Below are positions 8,261-16,700 of a stretch of 55,578 nucleotides of DNA, piece after piece (positions within the stretch are counted from its first letter, which is position 1; each line of letters opens with the position of its first letter). The stretch lies in NCBI GenBank assembly GCA_016192205.1, contig JACPUP010000029.1, positions 1-55,578 of the forward strand. The letters run 5' to 3'. The position numbers and the translations under genes were made by a program. The notes beneath the pieces were generated by a model. It did no database searches. It worked only from the letters and a program-made list of their open reading frames with translations, and was not told the origin of the DNA. This DNA comes from Candidatus Kerfeldbacteria bacterium (GTDB lineage Bacteria > Patescibacteriota > Patescibacteriia > SBBC01 > JACPUP01).

Positions 8261-9397
8261 ATGGACAGCGGGAACTCGATCATCGATCGCATCCTCACCT
8301 CCAAGCAAACCGAGGCGATGGAGCATTTGAGCCCCTCCGAAACCGTGTCGCAACTGCTCAAGGCGCTGACAGAGAAAGAGGCAGATGTGGTACGCCGTCG
8401 CTATGGTTTGAACGGTCTCCGGCGGGAGACGCTCGAAGATATTGGCAAGCAGTATCGGGTCACGCGCGAGCGTATCCGCCAGATTGAGCGCCTCGCCATT
8501 AAGAAAGTCGTCGCCCTCAAAGACTTTGACGTGATTACCCGACCGACGACGACGGCAGTCTCGCAAGTGCTGTCTTCACACGGCGGTTTTCTGGAGGAGC
8601 AGGCACTCCTCCGAACGCTCCTCCAGATTGCGGGGGATACACCGGAGAACTGTAACGCCATGCTCTTTTTGCTTCATGAACTTCTGGGAGAGCATTTCGA
8701 TCACATCGATGCCAACCGACGTTACCACGCCGGTTGGCGGATGCGGCTCTCGTCGATGGAGCAACTCGACACGCTCGTAAACCGCCTCGTCGCGTTTTTT
8801 GAAAACGTTGGCCATCCCCTCGCGCACGACGAGTTCATCCATCGCTTCCGTGGCGTCGAGGGTCAGGCCGCCGTGAGCGATGACGCGCTCTTGGCCGCCG
8901 TCGATGTTGCAATAGCCCTCGGCCACAACCCATTCGGTGAGTATGGCCTCACGGAGTGGGGACACATTGCACCCCGCCGCATGAACGACAAAATCTTCCT
9001 CGTGCTCAAGCGCGCAGGCGAGCCCCTGCACTTCATGGAAATCGCCAAACGCATCAACGAGGCGGGCTTCGATGATCGGAAAGCGTATCCGCCGACCGTG
9101 CACAACGAACTCATCCTGGATCCGCACTACGTCTTAGTCGGTCGCGGCATCTACGCGTTGAAGGAATGGGGCTACGAACCCGGCATTGTCGCCGATGTCC
9201 TTGCCAGCGTCCTGCGACGGGCGGGCCGGCCCTTGGAGCGTGATGAGCTCGTGGAGGCCGTTCTCAAGCAACGGATGGTCAAACGGAACACGATTCACCT
9301 CGCCCTCACCGACCGCGAACGGTTCTCCCGCCATCAGAACGGGACCTACACCCTCACCGACCGCCAAACGAATGCCACTCCTCCAGCTCGTCATTGA
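8261..9397 (+). CDS. Sigma-70 region-4-only protein fused to tandem HARE-HTH-like winged-helix modules
   Basis: aa 30-86, LTEKEADVVRRRYGL...ETLEDIGKQYRVTRERIRQIERLAIKK, is sigma region 4.2. No region 2 is present. C-terminal modules end in FGEYGLTEWG, VGRGIYALKEWGY and NGTYTL (HARE-HTH pattern). Confidence 0.7.
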   Translation: MDSGNSIIDRILTSKQTEAMEHLSPSETVSQLLKALTEKEADVVRRRYGLNGLRRETLEDIGKQYRVTRERIRQIERLAIKKVVALKDFDVITRPTTTAVSQVLSSHGGFLEEQALLRTLLQIAGDTPENCNAMLFLLHELLGEHFDHIDANRRYHAGWRMRLSSMEQLDTLVNRLVAFFENVGHPLAHDEFIHRFRGVEGQAAVSDDALLAAVDVAIALGHNPFGEYGLTEWGHIAPRRMNDKIFLVLKRAGEPLHFMEIAKRINEAGFDDRKAYPPTVHNELILDPHYVLVGRGIYALKEWGYEPGIVADVLASVLRRAGRPLERDELVEAVLKQRMVKRNTIHLALTDRERFSRHQNGTYTLTDRQTNATPPARH

Positions 9398-10721
9398 CGT
9401 GAGCGGGATTACCGCTACGAGTTTCAGCAATCCATTTGCGACGGCCGCTTTCCTTTTCATCAATGGAGGGTGGGTCATTGTCGTCCCGGCGATTCTCTGG
9501 GGATTGTGGCAAGCGTACGTCCTCTACATTCAGCTCCGCTACGACGCGTCGATCGAATTCATCCTGCTCGCGATTGACGTTCCAAAAGAAAACGAACAGA
9601 GCCCCAAGGCGGTTGAGCAAATCTTCGCCCACCTCTCCGGCATCCAGAAGAAGGCGAATCTCGTTGAGCGATTCATTCATGGATACAACCAGCAAAGCTT
9701 CTCTTTGGAACTCGTATCGATCGGCGGATACATCCAGTTCATCATTCGGACTCCCAAAGAGCATCGCGATCTGGTCGAGGCCGCAGTCTACGCCCAGTAC
9801 CCAGACGCGGAAATCAGCGAGATCGACGACTACGTGCCGCAGCTGAAGCCTGATTTTCCCAACGAGTACAACCTGTGGGGAACTGAGTTCAAGTTGACCG
9901 GCGCGCCGCCAAAGCCCATTCGAACCTACCCATCGTTCGAGCATACGCTGTCCCAGAAGTTTCTCGACCCCATGGCGTCCACTCTGGAAATCATGTCGCG
10001 GCTCCGGCCCGGCGAGCAGATTTGGCTTCAGCTCAATGTCACCCCAACACTCGACGACCGCTGGCGCGAAGCTGGGGAACGACTCATCAGAAAACTCATA
10101 AAGGCAAAAGTGGAGCAGGGTGGGGGAGGAGTGCTCGGGCTTCCCGGAAACGTTGCCCTCGGCACGTACGAAACACTCACCCGAACACTGTTCGAACCAG
10201 GCGCCGAAGAGAGAAAGCAAGACACGAGTAAGTTCCCAACGCTCATGCAGCACCTGCCACCGAACGAGAAGGCTGTCGTGGAATCGATCGGTATTAAAAT
10301 TTCCAAAATTGCGTACGAAGCGAAGTTCCGTTTCATCTATTTCGCGCATCGGTCCGTCTTCGACAAGAGCCGTGTCCCAGCGGTCGTGGGCGCCATCAAG
10401 CAACTCAACACGCTCGATTTGAACGGGCTCATTCCGAACAAAAAAATCTCCACCAAGATTGATTACTTCATGATTCGGACGCGAGAGCGATGGCGCAAAG
10501 CCAAGCTGTACTACGGGTATCGTGCTCGCAGCATGCGCCGCGGGCAGAAGAAGCTCGTTCTCAACGTCGAAGAGCTGGCCACCATTTACCACTTCCCGGT
10601 CATGGACGTAAAGGCGCCGCTCGTCAAGCGTACGGAGAGTAAGCGCAGTGAACCGCCGCTCGCCCTGCCGGTCGCCCCGCCGGAAATTCAAGGAGCCGTC
10701 GAAGCGCCACCACCCCGATGA
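9372..10721 (+). CDS. Membrane-anchored protein of unknown function (partner of the downstream ATPase)
   Basis: N-terminal hydrophobic hairpin (AAFLFINGGWVIVVPAILWGLWQAYVLYI), then a soluble domain of about 400 aa. The ORF-track start at 9186 overlaps the previous gene. I use ATG 9372. In-frame GTG 9399 is an alternative. The stop overlaps the next ATG (ATGA at 10718-10721). Confidence 0.65.
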   Translation: MPLLQLVIDVSGITATSFSNPFATAAFLFINGGWVIVVPAILWGLWQAYVLYIQLRYDASIEFILLAIDVPKENEQSPKAVEQIFAHLSGIQKKANLVERFIHGYNQQSFSLELVSIGGYIQFIIRTPKEHRDLVEAAVYAQYPDAEISEIDDYVPQLKPDFPNEYNLWGTEFKLTGAPPKPIRTYPSFEHTLSQKFLDPMASTLEIMSRLRPGEQIWLQLNVTPTLDDRWREAGERLIRKLIKAKVEQGGGGVLGLPGNVALGTYETLTRTLFEPGAEERKQDTSKFPTLMQHLPPNEKAVVESIGIKISKIAYEAKFRFIYFAHRSVFDKSRVPAVVGAIKQLNTLDLNGLIPNKKISTKIDYFMIRTRERWRKAKLYYGYRARSMRRGQKKLVLNVEELATIYHFPVMDVKAPLVKRTESKRSEPPLALPVAPPEIQGAVEAPPPR

Positions 10722-12409
10722 CCCCGTACACCGCCAACGAGGACGAGATTAACTACTTTGCCAAAACGAACTTTCGTAACGTCTGGAAATTGTTTGGCAT
10801 CCGTTTGGACGACCGCCGGCGCCACCTGTACGTCATCGGGAAAACCGGCATGGGGAAATCAACCATGCTCGAGAACATGGTCGTGCAGGACATCCGGAAC
10901 GGCCACGGTCTGGCCCTCGTCGATCCGCACGGCGACGCGGTGGAAAAAATACTCGATTACATTCCGTCGAACCGCGTCAACGACGTCATCTACTTCAACC
11001 CGGCCGACATCGACCACCCCATCGCCTTCAACGTTTTGGAATCGGTCGACCCGACACACCGCCACCTCGTCTCGTCGGGACTCATCGCTATTTTCAAAAA
11101 ACTCTGGATTGATTCCTGGGGGCCACGACTCGAATACGTATTGCGGAACACCATCCTCGCCCTCATTGAGTACCCGGGCTCAACCCTCCTCGGCGTCACG
11201 CGCATGCTCGTCGACAAAAATTATCGCAGCAAAGTCATCGCCAAGTTGACCGACCCCATTGTCAAAGCGTTCTGGGTCGATGAGTTCAATGCGTACTCGA
11301 ATCAGTTTCGGACCGAAGCGGTCAGCCCCATCCAAAACAAGGTCGGGCAGTACCTGTCTTCGTCGATAATCCGCAATATCGTCGGGCAGCCGCAATCATC
11401 CGTCGACCTTCGCGACGCGATCGACAGCGGCAAAATCATCCTCATGAACCTGGCCAAGGGACGCATTGGCGAAGACAACTCGCAATTGTTGGGCGCCATG
11501 CTCATTACGAAGTTGCAACTCGCGGCCATGAGTCGCATCAACATCGCCGAATCCGAGCGACGCGACTTCTTCTTGTACGTCGATGAGTTCCAGAATTTCG
11601 CGACCGAATCGTTTGCCAATATCCTGTCGGAAGCGCGCAAGTACCGTCTCAATCTCATTATCGCGCACCAGTACATCGAGCAGCTGACCGAAGAGGTGCG
11701 AGCGGCGGTCTTCGGAAACGTCGGCACGCTCGTCTGCTTCCGCATCGGGGCAGCTGATTCAGAATTCCTCCAGAAAGAATTCGACCCGGTGTTCTCGGAA
11801 TCCGATTTGGTCAACCTGACAAAGTACGACGTCTACCTCAAGCTCATGATCAACGGCTTGGCATCGGATCCATTCTCTGCGACGACACTCCCGCCCATCT
11901 CCCGCCACGAAGGCAACGCCGAAACCGTCATCCGCGTTGCTCGTGAGCGCTACGCCAGCCCGCGCGAACGTGTCGAAGAGAAAATCGCTCGCTGGGCGGC
12001 TGGCGTCCACGCCGGCGAGGCTGGACAGCCGATTGGCGCACGCCCACCGCGTGGTCGCCCACCGGAACGACGCGAGCGCGATACGCCGCGGACCATCCCT
12101 CCGCCCCAGCAACTCGAACCCGTTGCCCACATTCCAACCGAAGCGCCCATTTCCCTGGCCCAAGCGCTGACGCGCGAGCCCCAGCCATTCCACAAGGCCG
12201 GGCCGCCGTCGGCCCCGAAACGGAGAGCGTTTGAGCCGCGACGTGACCGCAGCCGGCATCGTCATCACCGACCGCCACGTGCCAACACCCCAGGGCAACC
12301 GCAGACGACGAAACCGACACCGCCCCCGTCTGTTCCTCCGTCAGCACACGTTGAGGATGAACCCACGCCCATTCAACCTGGGCAAGTGGTCCAGGTGAAA
12401 GACGAGTAA
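10718..12409 (+). CDS. VirD4/TraD/TraG-like (type IV coupling protein-like, FtsK/HerA-superfamily) P-loop ATPase lacking TM segments
   Basis: Walker A GKTGMGKS, LVDPHGD, Walker B FFLYVDEFQNF, SEARKYRLNLIIAHQYIEQL. No N-terminal TM helices. About 130 aa of Pro/Arg-rich low-complexity C-terminal tail. Confidence 0.8.
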   Translation: MTPYTANEDEINYFAKTNFRNVWKLFGIRLDDRRRHLYVIGKTGMGKSTMLENMVVQDIRNGHGLALVDPHGDAVEKILDYIPSNRVNDVIYFNPADIDHPIAFNVLESVDPTHRHLVSSGLIAIFKKLWIDSWGPRLEYVLRNTILALIEYPGSTLLGVTRMLVDKNYRSKVIAKLTDPIVKAFWVDEFNAYSNQFRTEAVSPIQNKVGQYLSSSIIRNIVGQPQSSVDLRDAIDSGKIILMNLAKGRIGEDNSQLLGAMLITKLQLAAMSRINIAESERRDFFLYVDEFQNFATESFANILSEARKYRLNLIIAHQYIEQLTEEVRAAVFGNVGTLVCFRIGAADSEFLQKEFDPVFSESDLVNLTKYDVYLKLMINGLASDPFSATTLPPISRHEGNAETVIRVARERYASPRERVEEKIARWAAGVHAGEAGQPIGARPPRGRPPERRERDTPRTIPPPQQLEPVAHIPTEAPISLAQALTREPQPFHKAGPPSAPKRRAFEPRRDRSRHRHHRPPRANTPGQPQTTKPTPPPSVPPSAHVEDEPTPIQPGQVVQVKDE

Positions 12410-12412
12410 CGG

Positions 12413-12441
12413 TTGCATCCCGGCGCGGCCCAGCGTATACT
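12413..12441 (+). promoter_or_regulatory. Possible sigma70-type promoter for mnmA-alaS
   Basis: TTGCAT (12413-12418), 17-nt spacer, TATACT (12436-12441). Confidence 0.4.
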
Positions 12442-12444
12442 CAC

Positions 12445-12480
12445 GTCGGTCATTCGTCTGGCCGACTGTTTTCCTGTTTC
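12445..12480 (+). terminator. Weak hairpin plus T-rich tract (terminator of the upstream operon, or a leader attenuator)
   Basis: GTCGG (12445-12449) / CCGAC (12462-12466) with a 12-nt loop (10 nt if T12450 pairs with G12461 as a wobble), followed by tgttttcctgtttc. The stem is short, so this is tentative. Confidence 0.2.
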
Positions 12481-12488
12481 GAACCACT

Positions 12489-13535
12489 GTGCAGCACCGA
12501 ACCATTTTTCTTGGACTCTCCGGCGGCGTTGATTCAGCCGTCAGTGCTGCGCTTTTGCAGAGACGCGGCGAGCGCGTGGTTGGCGTGTTTCTGGAGAGCT
12601 GGTCCGAGTCGCTCGCCCCCGCAGCCTGCGAGCAGACCGCGGACCGCCGTGACGCTGCTCGCGTCGCAGCCCACCTACACCTCCCCTTTCTGGTCTTACC
12701 GTGCGCAGAGCTGTACCGCGAGCGGGTGCTAGCGTTTTTCTTGCACGAGCTCCGAGCCGGTCGAACACCGAATCCTGACGTCGAGTGCAACGCGTCAATC
12801 AAGTTCGAGGTGTTTCGCGACGTCAGCCGCGCTGCTGGCGCCGACGCCATCGCCACCGGTCACTATGCCAGGGTTGAAAAAAAGTCCGGGCGTGTTGTTC
12901 TCAAAAAAGGCGTCGATCCATCCAAGGATCAATCCTACTTTTTGTCGCGCGTGGCACCATCCGCCTTGTCCGATGCAGAATTCCCCGTCGGTGGGCTGCG
13001 CAAAAACGCTGTACGGACATTGGCAAAGTCGCTGCGGTTGCCCAACGCTGCCAAACCGGACAGTCAAGGTTTATGTTTCGTTGGCAAGATTGCATTACCC
13101 CAGTTCCTCCGACACTTCTTCGCCCCGACTCCCGGCCCCATCCAAACCGCCGATGGTCAACGCATTGGTGAGCACACAGGATTGTCGCAGTTCACCATTG
13201 GCCAACGTCGCGGGACACACGTGGCAACGGGCGCACCAACGTACGTAGTGGCGAAACACGTTCAGGCGAACACGCTCGTAGTTTCTTCCAGGGCCACAGA
13301 CCTCGAACGTTCCCAAGTGCAGGCCGACAGCTGGCGTTGGTTCGGCGATCCCATCTCGACCGGACTAACGGCCAAACTCCGGTACCGCCAGCCCGATCAG
13401 GCCGTGACGTCGATTGCTGTCCGCGGCGCGCGTGCAGACGTTCGCTTTGCCCGTCCCCAGCGGGCTGTTACGCCCGGTCAAGTGCTCGTCGTGTATGAGG
13501 GTGATCGCCTGGCCGGTTCGGGGATTCTCGTATGA
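12489..13535 (+). CDS. mnmA: tRNA 2-thiouridine(34) synthase MnmA
   Basis: GTG start. PP-loop LGLSGGVDSAV, DQSYFL, and the C-terminal barrel. The stop overlaps the alaS ATG (ATGA). Confidence 0.92.
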   Translation: MQHRTIFLGLSGGVDSAVSAALLQRRGERVVGVFLESWSESLAPAACEQTADRRDAARVAAHLHLPFLVLPCAELYRERVLAFFLHELRAGRTPNPDVECNASIKFEVFRDVSRAAGADAIATGHYARVEKKSGRVVLKKGVDPSKDQSYFLSRVAPSALSDAEFPVGGLRKNAVRTLAKSLRLPNAAKPDSQGLCFVGKIALPQFLRHFFAPTPGPIQTADGQRIGEHTGLSQFTIGQRRGTHVATGAPTYVVAKHVQANTLVVSSRATDLERSQVQADSWRWFGDPISTGLTAKLRYRQPDQAVTSIAVRGARADVRFARPQRAVTPGQVLVVYEGDRLAGSGILV

Positions 13536-15343
13536 CGAGTCGCGAACTGCGAGCGGCATTTCTGGAGTTCTACCGCCACCGTGGCCACACGGTTATCCCG
13601 TCGTCATCGCTTGTACCCGACAATGACCCGAGTGTCCTCTTAACGTCAGCCGGGATGCAACAGCTGAAGCCGTATTTCTTGGGCGAACGTGATCCCGTCA
13701 AAGATTTTGGGGGGCGAAAACTCGCCAGCGTTCAACGCTGCTTTCGCACCTCGGACATTGACGAAGTTGGCGATCAAACGCACAACACCTTCTTTGAAAT
13801 GGTGGGGAATTTTTCCATTGCCGACTACTTTAGGGAAGAGGCGATCGCCTCGGCCTGGACATTTCTCACCGCGGAGCTCCGCCTGTCGACGGATCGACTC
13901 TGGGCGACCATCTTCGCCGGTGACGAGTTGACCCCTCGCGATACCGAGGCGGAACGGCTTTGGCAGGCCTACCTCCCAGCCGACCGTATCAGCGCTTTTG
14001 GCCGCGCTGAAAATTTCTGGGGTCCACCAGGCCGGGCTGGCTCATGCGGTCCATCCTCGGAAATCCACGTCGATCTGACTGCCCAGGCGTGCCAGCGTGG
14101 TTCGGGTTGTGTGCCGAACTGCGCTTGCGGTCGGTTCGTGGAACTTTGGAATCTCGTGTTCACGGAGTTCGAGAAACGAGCCGACGGGTCATTCGTTCCG
14201 CTCGCCACGAAGAACATTGACACGGGCATGGGACTGGAACGGCTGGCGCTCGTCCAGCAGAAGGCCGAGACGATTTTTGAAACGGACCTGTTCGTTCCCA
14301 TCATCGAGAGCGTCGTCGCCATCGATGCAATGTCGGCGCTGAAACCCGACGACCGCACACGGCGACAGCGCATCGTCGCTGACCACCTCCGAGCCGCCGT
14401 CTGGTTATTGGCTGATGGCGTCACGTTCAGCAATAAAGACCAGGGGTACATCCTCCGCCGCATTGTTCGACGAGCCCTCGATCAACTGACCGTGCCAAAG
14501 CCTGACCTCCTGCCGATTTTGACATCGGTGGCGTCCGTCTATACCTCGATTGACCCGTCGTTGAAGGAACGCCTTCCGTCATTTCACTCCGCCCTGAAGA
14601 CCGAACAGACAGCGTACGATCGCGTCCAACGTCAGGAGTTGGGCACATTGATTGCCAAATTGCGCGGTCAGACTGGCGAAGCCGTTGACCGTAACCTTAC
14701 GCCTGAAGAGGCCTTCACGCTCTACGCAACACACGGGACCGCCGTGACACGACTCGAGCGCGAGGGGTATCACTTTGACCGCGTAGCATTCGACCAACTG
14801 CTCGCTCACCATCAAGCGAAGTCGCGCGGGAGCCAAGAAAAGAAATTTGGCGGCCATGGACTCGCGCATGGGGTCGCCACCGAAGGTATGAGCAACACCG
14901 ACGTTCAGAAAATCACCCGGCTCCATACGGCTACCCACTTGCTCCACGCTGCGCTCCGCGCCGTCCTCGGTTCCGCGGTTCAGCAGAACGGTTCAGACAT
15001 CAATCCCGAGCGCCTGCGTTTCGATTTTTCCTTTCCGCGGAAGCTCACCGACGCCGAGCGTCACCGCGTTGAAGAACTGGTGAATGAAAAAATCCGGGCT
15101 GATCTCCCGGTGTCCTGGGTAGTGATGCCGTACGAGCAGGCGATCGCCGAAGGAGCGCTTGCATTCTTCAAGGAAAAGTATGAGCCCGAAGTCAAGGTCT
15201 ACACGATGGGTGATTTTTCCAAAGAGCTCTGCGGCGGACCTCACGTCGAGCACACCGCCCAGGTCGGTCGCTTCCGACTGCTGTCAGAAAAATCCATCGC
15301 CGCTGGTATGCGGAGAATCAAAGCGGTGGTGGAGGGCGCTTGA
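13532..15343 (+). CDS. alaS: Alanine--tRNA ligase, short form (no C-Ala domain)
   Basis: Class II AlaRS N-terminus (LRAAFLEFYRHRGH, FTSAGMQQ-like, NTFFEMVGNFS). Editing-domain HxxxH (TATHLLHAAL) and CGGPHV. Ends at 603 aa. Confidence 0.93.
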   Translation: MTSRELRAAFLEFYRHRGHTVIPSSSLVPDNDPSVLLTSAGMQQLKPYFLGERDPVKDFGGRKLASVQRCFRTSDIDEVGDQTHNTFFEMVGNFSIADYFREEAIASAWTFLTAELRLSTDRLWATIFAGDELTPRDTEAERLWQAYLPADRISAFGRAENFWGPPGRAGSCGPSSEIHVDLTAQACQRGSGCVPNCACGRFVELWNLVFTEFEKRADGSFVPLATKNIDTGMGLERLALVQQKAETIFETDLFVPIIESVVAIDAMSALKPDDRTRRQRIVADHLRAAVWLLADGVTFSNKDQGYILRRIVRRALDQLTVPKPDLLPILTSVASVYTSIDPSLKERLPSFHSALKTEQTAYDRVQRQELGTLIAKLRGQTGEAVDRNLTPEEAFTLYATHGTAVTRLEREGYHFDRVAFDQLLAHHQAKSRGSQEKKFGGHGLAHGVATEGMSNTDVQKITRLHTATHLLHAALRAVLGSAVQQNGSDINPERLRFDFSFPRKLTDAERHRVEELVNEKIRADLPVSWVVMPYEQAIAEGALAFFKEKYEPEVKVYTMGDFSKELCGGPHVEHTAQVGRFRLLSEKSIAAGMRRIKAVVEGA

Positions 15344-15482
15344 CACGAATGCGGGAAGTCCGTACAGTACCAGGGAACTTCTGAAGTGCAAGATTTCGTG
15401 GTGCATTTGAGCCGGGAAATCCGTCAAGGTCTGTACCTCCTGCGCTTTCAGAATGCGCCTATTTTGAGCATTTTTTCCTTGG

Positions 15483-15764
15483 ATGGCACGACATAAGCGC
15501 CGTCGCGTACTTCCCCCCCCGGCTTCAACCAACGCTTCGGGGCCTGCCCAAAATGCGAAGGGATTCATCGAGGTGCAGGGAAAGGTCACCGAGCTGCTTC
15601 CCTCCGCAATGTTTCGTGTCGAGCTGGATAACGGCCACACGGTCCTCGCCCACCTCTCCGGGAAAATGCGCATGTTCAAGATCCGCCTGATGAGCGGCGA
15701 CCGTGTCACCGTTGAAATGACGCCCTACGACCTGTCCAAGGGCCGCATCACCTATCGTCACTAG
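15483..15764 (+). CDS. infA: Translation initiation factor IF-1 with ~20-aa basic N-terminal extension
   Basis: [35 protein letters not shown]...[18 protein letters not shown] matches the IF-1 S1 fold. The only ATG is at 15483. Confidence 0.88.
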   Translation: MARHKRRRVLPPPASTNASGPAQNAKGFIEVQGKVTELLPSAMFRVELDNGHTVLAHLSGKMRMFKIRLMSGDRVTVEMTPYDLSKGRITYRH

Positions 15765-15768
15765 CGCT

Positions 15769-15882
15769 ATGAAAGTCCGTTCGTCGGTCAAGCCCATGTG
15801 CAAGAACTGCCGCGTTGTCCGCCGGAACCAGCGCGTCTACATCGTCTGTCCGAATCCGAAGCATAAGCAACGTCAGGGGTAA
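15769..15882 (+). CDS. rpmJ: 50S ribosomal protein L36
   Basis: Not in the ORF track (37 aa). I translated it as [37 protein letters not shown]. Canonical position between infA and rpsM. Confidence 0.9.
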   Translation: MKVRSSVKPMCKNCRVVRRNQRVYIVCPNPKHKQRQG

Positions 15883-15884
15883 CC

Positions 15885-16277
15885 ATGGCCATCCGCATCG
15901 CCGGCATCACCCTCCCACCCACGAAACGCATTGAGTTCGCGTTAACGGCGATCTATGGCATCGGCCGGGCCCACGCGCTGCGCATCCTCCAGGAAGCCAA
16001 TGTCGCGATTGGACGCACAACCGAGTCACTCAACGAACAGGAAGTGAACGCCCTGCGCGATATCATCGAAAAGCGTTTTCGCGTTGAGGGTGAGCTGCGG
16101 CGCGAAGTCCTCGCCAACATCAAGCGCCTCAAAGAGATCGGTGCCTATCGCGGTGTTCGCCACACGCGCGGACTGCCGGTCCGCGGACAACGGACGAAGA
16201 CCAACTCGCGCACGGTTCGCGGCAACGTTCGCCGGACCATGGGATCGGGACGACGCGCTGCCGCGGAGAAGACGTAA
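15885..16277 (+). CDS. rpsM: 30S ribosomal protein S13
   Basis: [11 protein letters not shown]..., [27 protein letters not shown]. Confidence 0.95.
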   Translation: MAIRIAGITLPPTKRIEFALTAIYGIGRAHALRILQEANVAIGRTTESLNEQEVNALRDIIEKRFRVEGELRREVLANIKRLKEIGAYRGVRHTRGLPVRGQRTKTNSRTVRGNVRRTMGSGRRAAAEKT

Positions 16278-16280
16278 TCC

Positions 16281-16694
16281 ATGCCTTCGTCAGCTCCAGC
16301 TACACCAGCCCCGCGCCCGGCCAGTCGAACGAAGAAACGACGAAAGTTCGTCCAATCCGGCCAAGCGCACATTCTCGCGACGTACAACAATACGATCGTC
16401 ACGCTCACCGACCAGCAGGGGAATGTCCTCGCCTGGGCGTCTGCTGGCCACGTGGGATTCCGCGGACCCAAGAAATCGACGCCGTACGCAGCCGGCGTCA
16501 TCGTGCGAAACGTAGCGGAGAAAGTGCGCGACTACGGCTTGAAGAGTATTGATGTGTTCGTCCGCGGTGTGGGGAGCGGCCGCGAAGCTGCCATTCGCGC
16601 GCTCGGCGCCAATGGCTTTTCCATCCAGAGCATTAAAGACGTCACCCCGATCCCGCATAACGGCCCACGGCCACGCAAGCCACGGCGCGTCTAA
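16281..16694 (+). CDS. rpsK: 30S ribosomal protein S11
   Basis: [41 protein letters not shown]. Confidence 0.95.
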   Translation: MPSSAPATPAPRPASRTKKRRKFVQSGQAHILATYNNTIVTLTDQQGNVLAWASAGHVGFRGPKKSTPYAAGVIVRNVAEKVRDYGLKSIDVFVRGVGSGREAAIRALGANGFSIQSIKDVTPIPHNGPRPRKPRRV

Positions 16695-16700
16695 CCCCCT

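Noticed and set aside
9354-10691. 445-aa ORF on the minus strand covering almost the whole 9372-10721 gene.
   Set aside because: It is a mirror ORF of the kind expected in high-GC DNA. Its composition is Arg/Gly/Glu/Val-rich with no recognisable motif, signal or start context. The + strand frame carries a TM hairpin and is translationally coupled to both neighbours.
10718-10721. Possibility of an alternative genetic code (UGA read as Gly or Trp, as in some candidate phyla).
   Set aside because: TGA ends many conserved proteins at their expected C-termini. It also forms ATGA stop-start overlaps at 10718, 13532, 20845, 25182, 26168, 29934, 44923 and 50765. Conserved genes contain no in-frame TGA. 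The standard code 11 fits.
15344-15482. The 139-nt gap between alaS and infA, examined for a T-box, a ribosomal-protein leader, a tRNA or a clear promoter.
   Set aside because: It has only weak 4-6 bp stems (GAAGT/ACTTC, TGCA/TGCA). There is no convincing -35/-10 pair and no tRNA-like T-loop. There is not enough evidence to call a feature.
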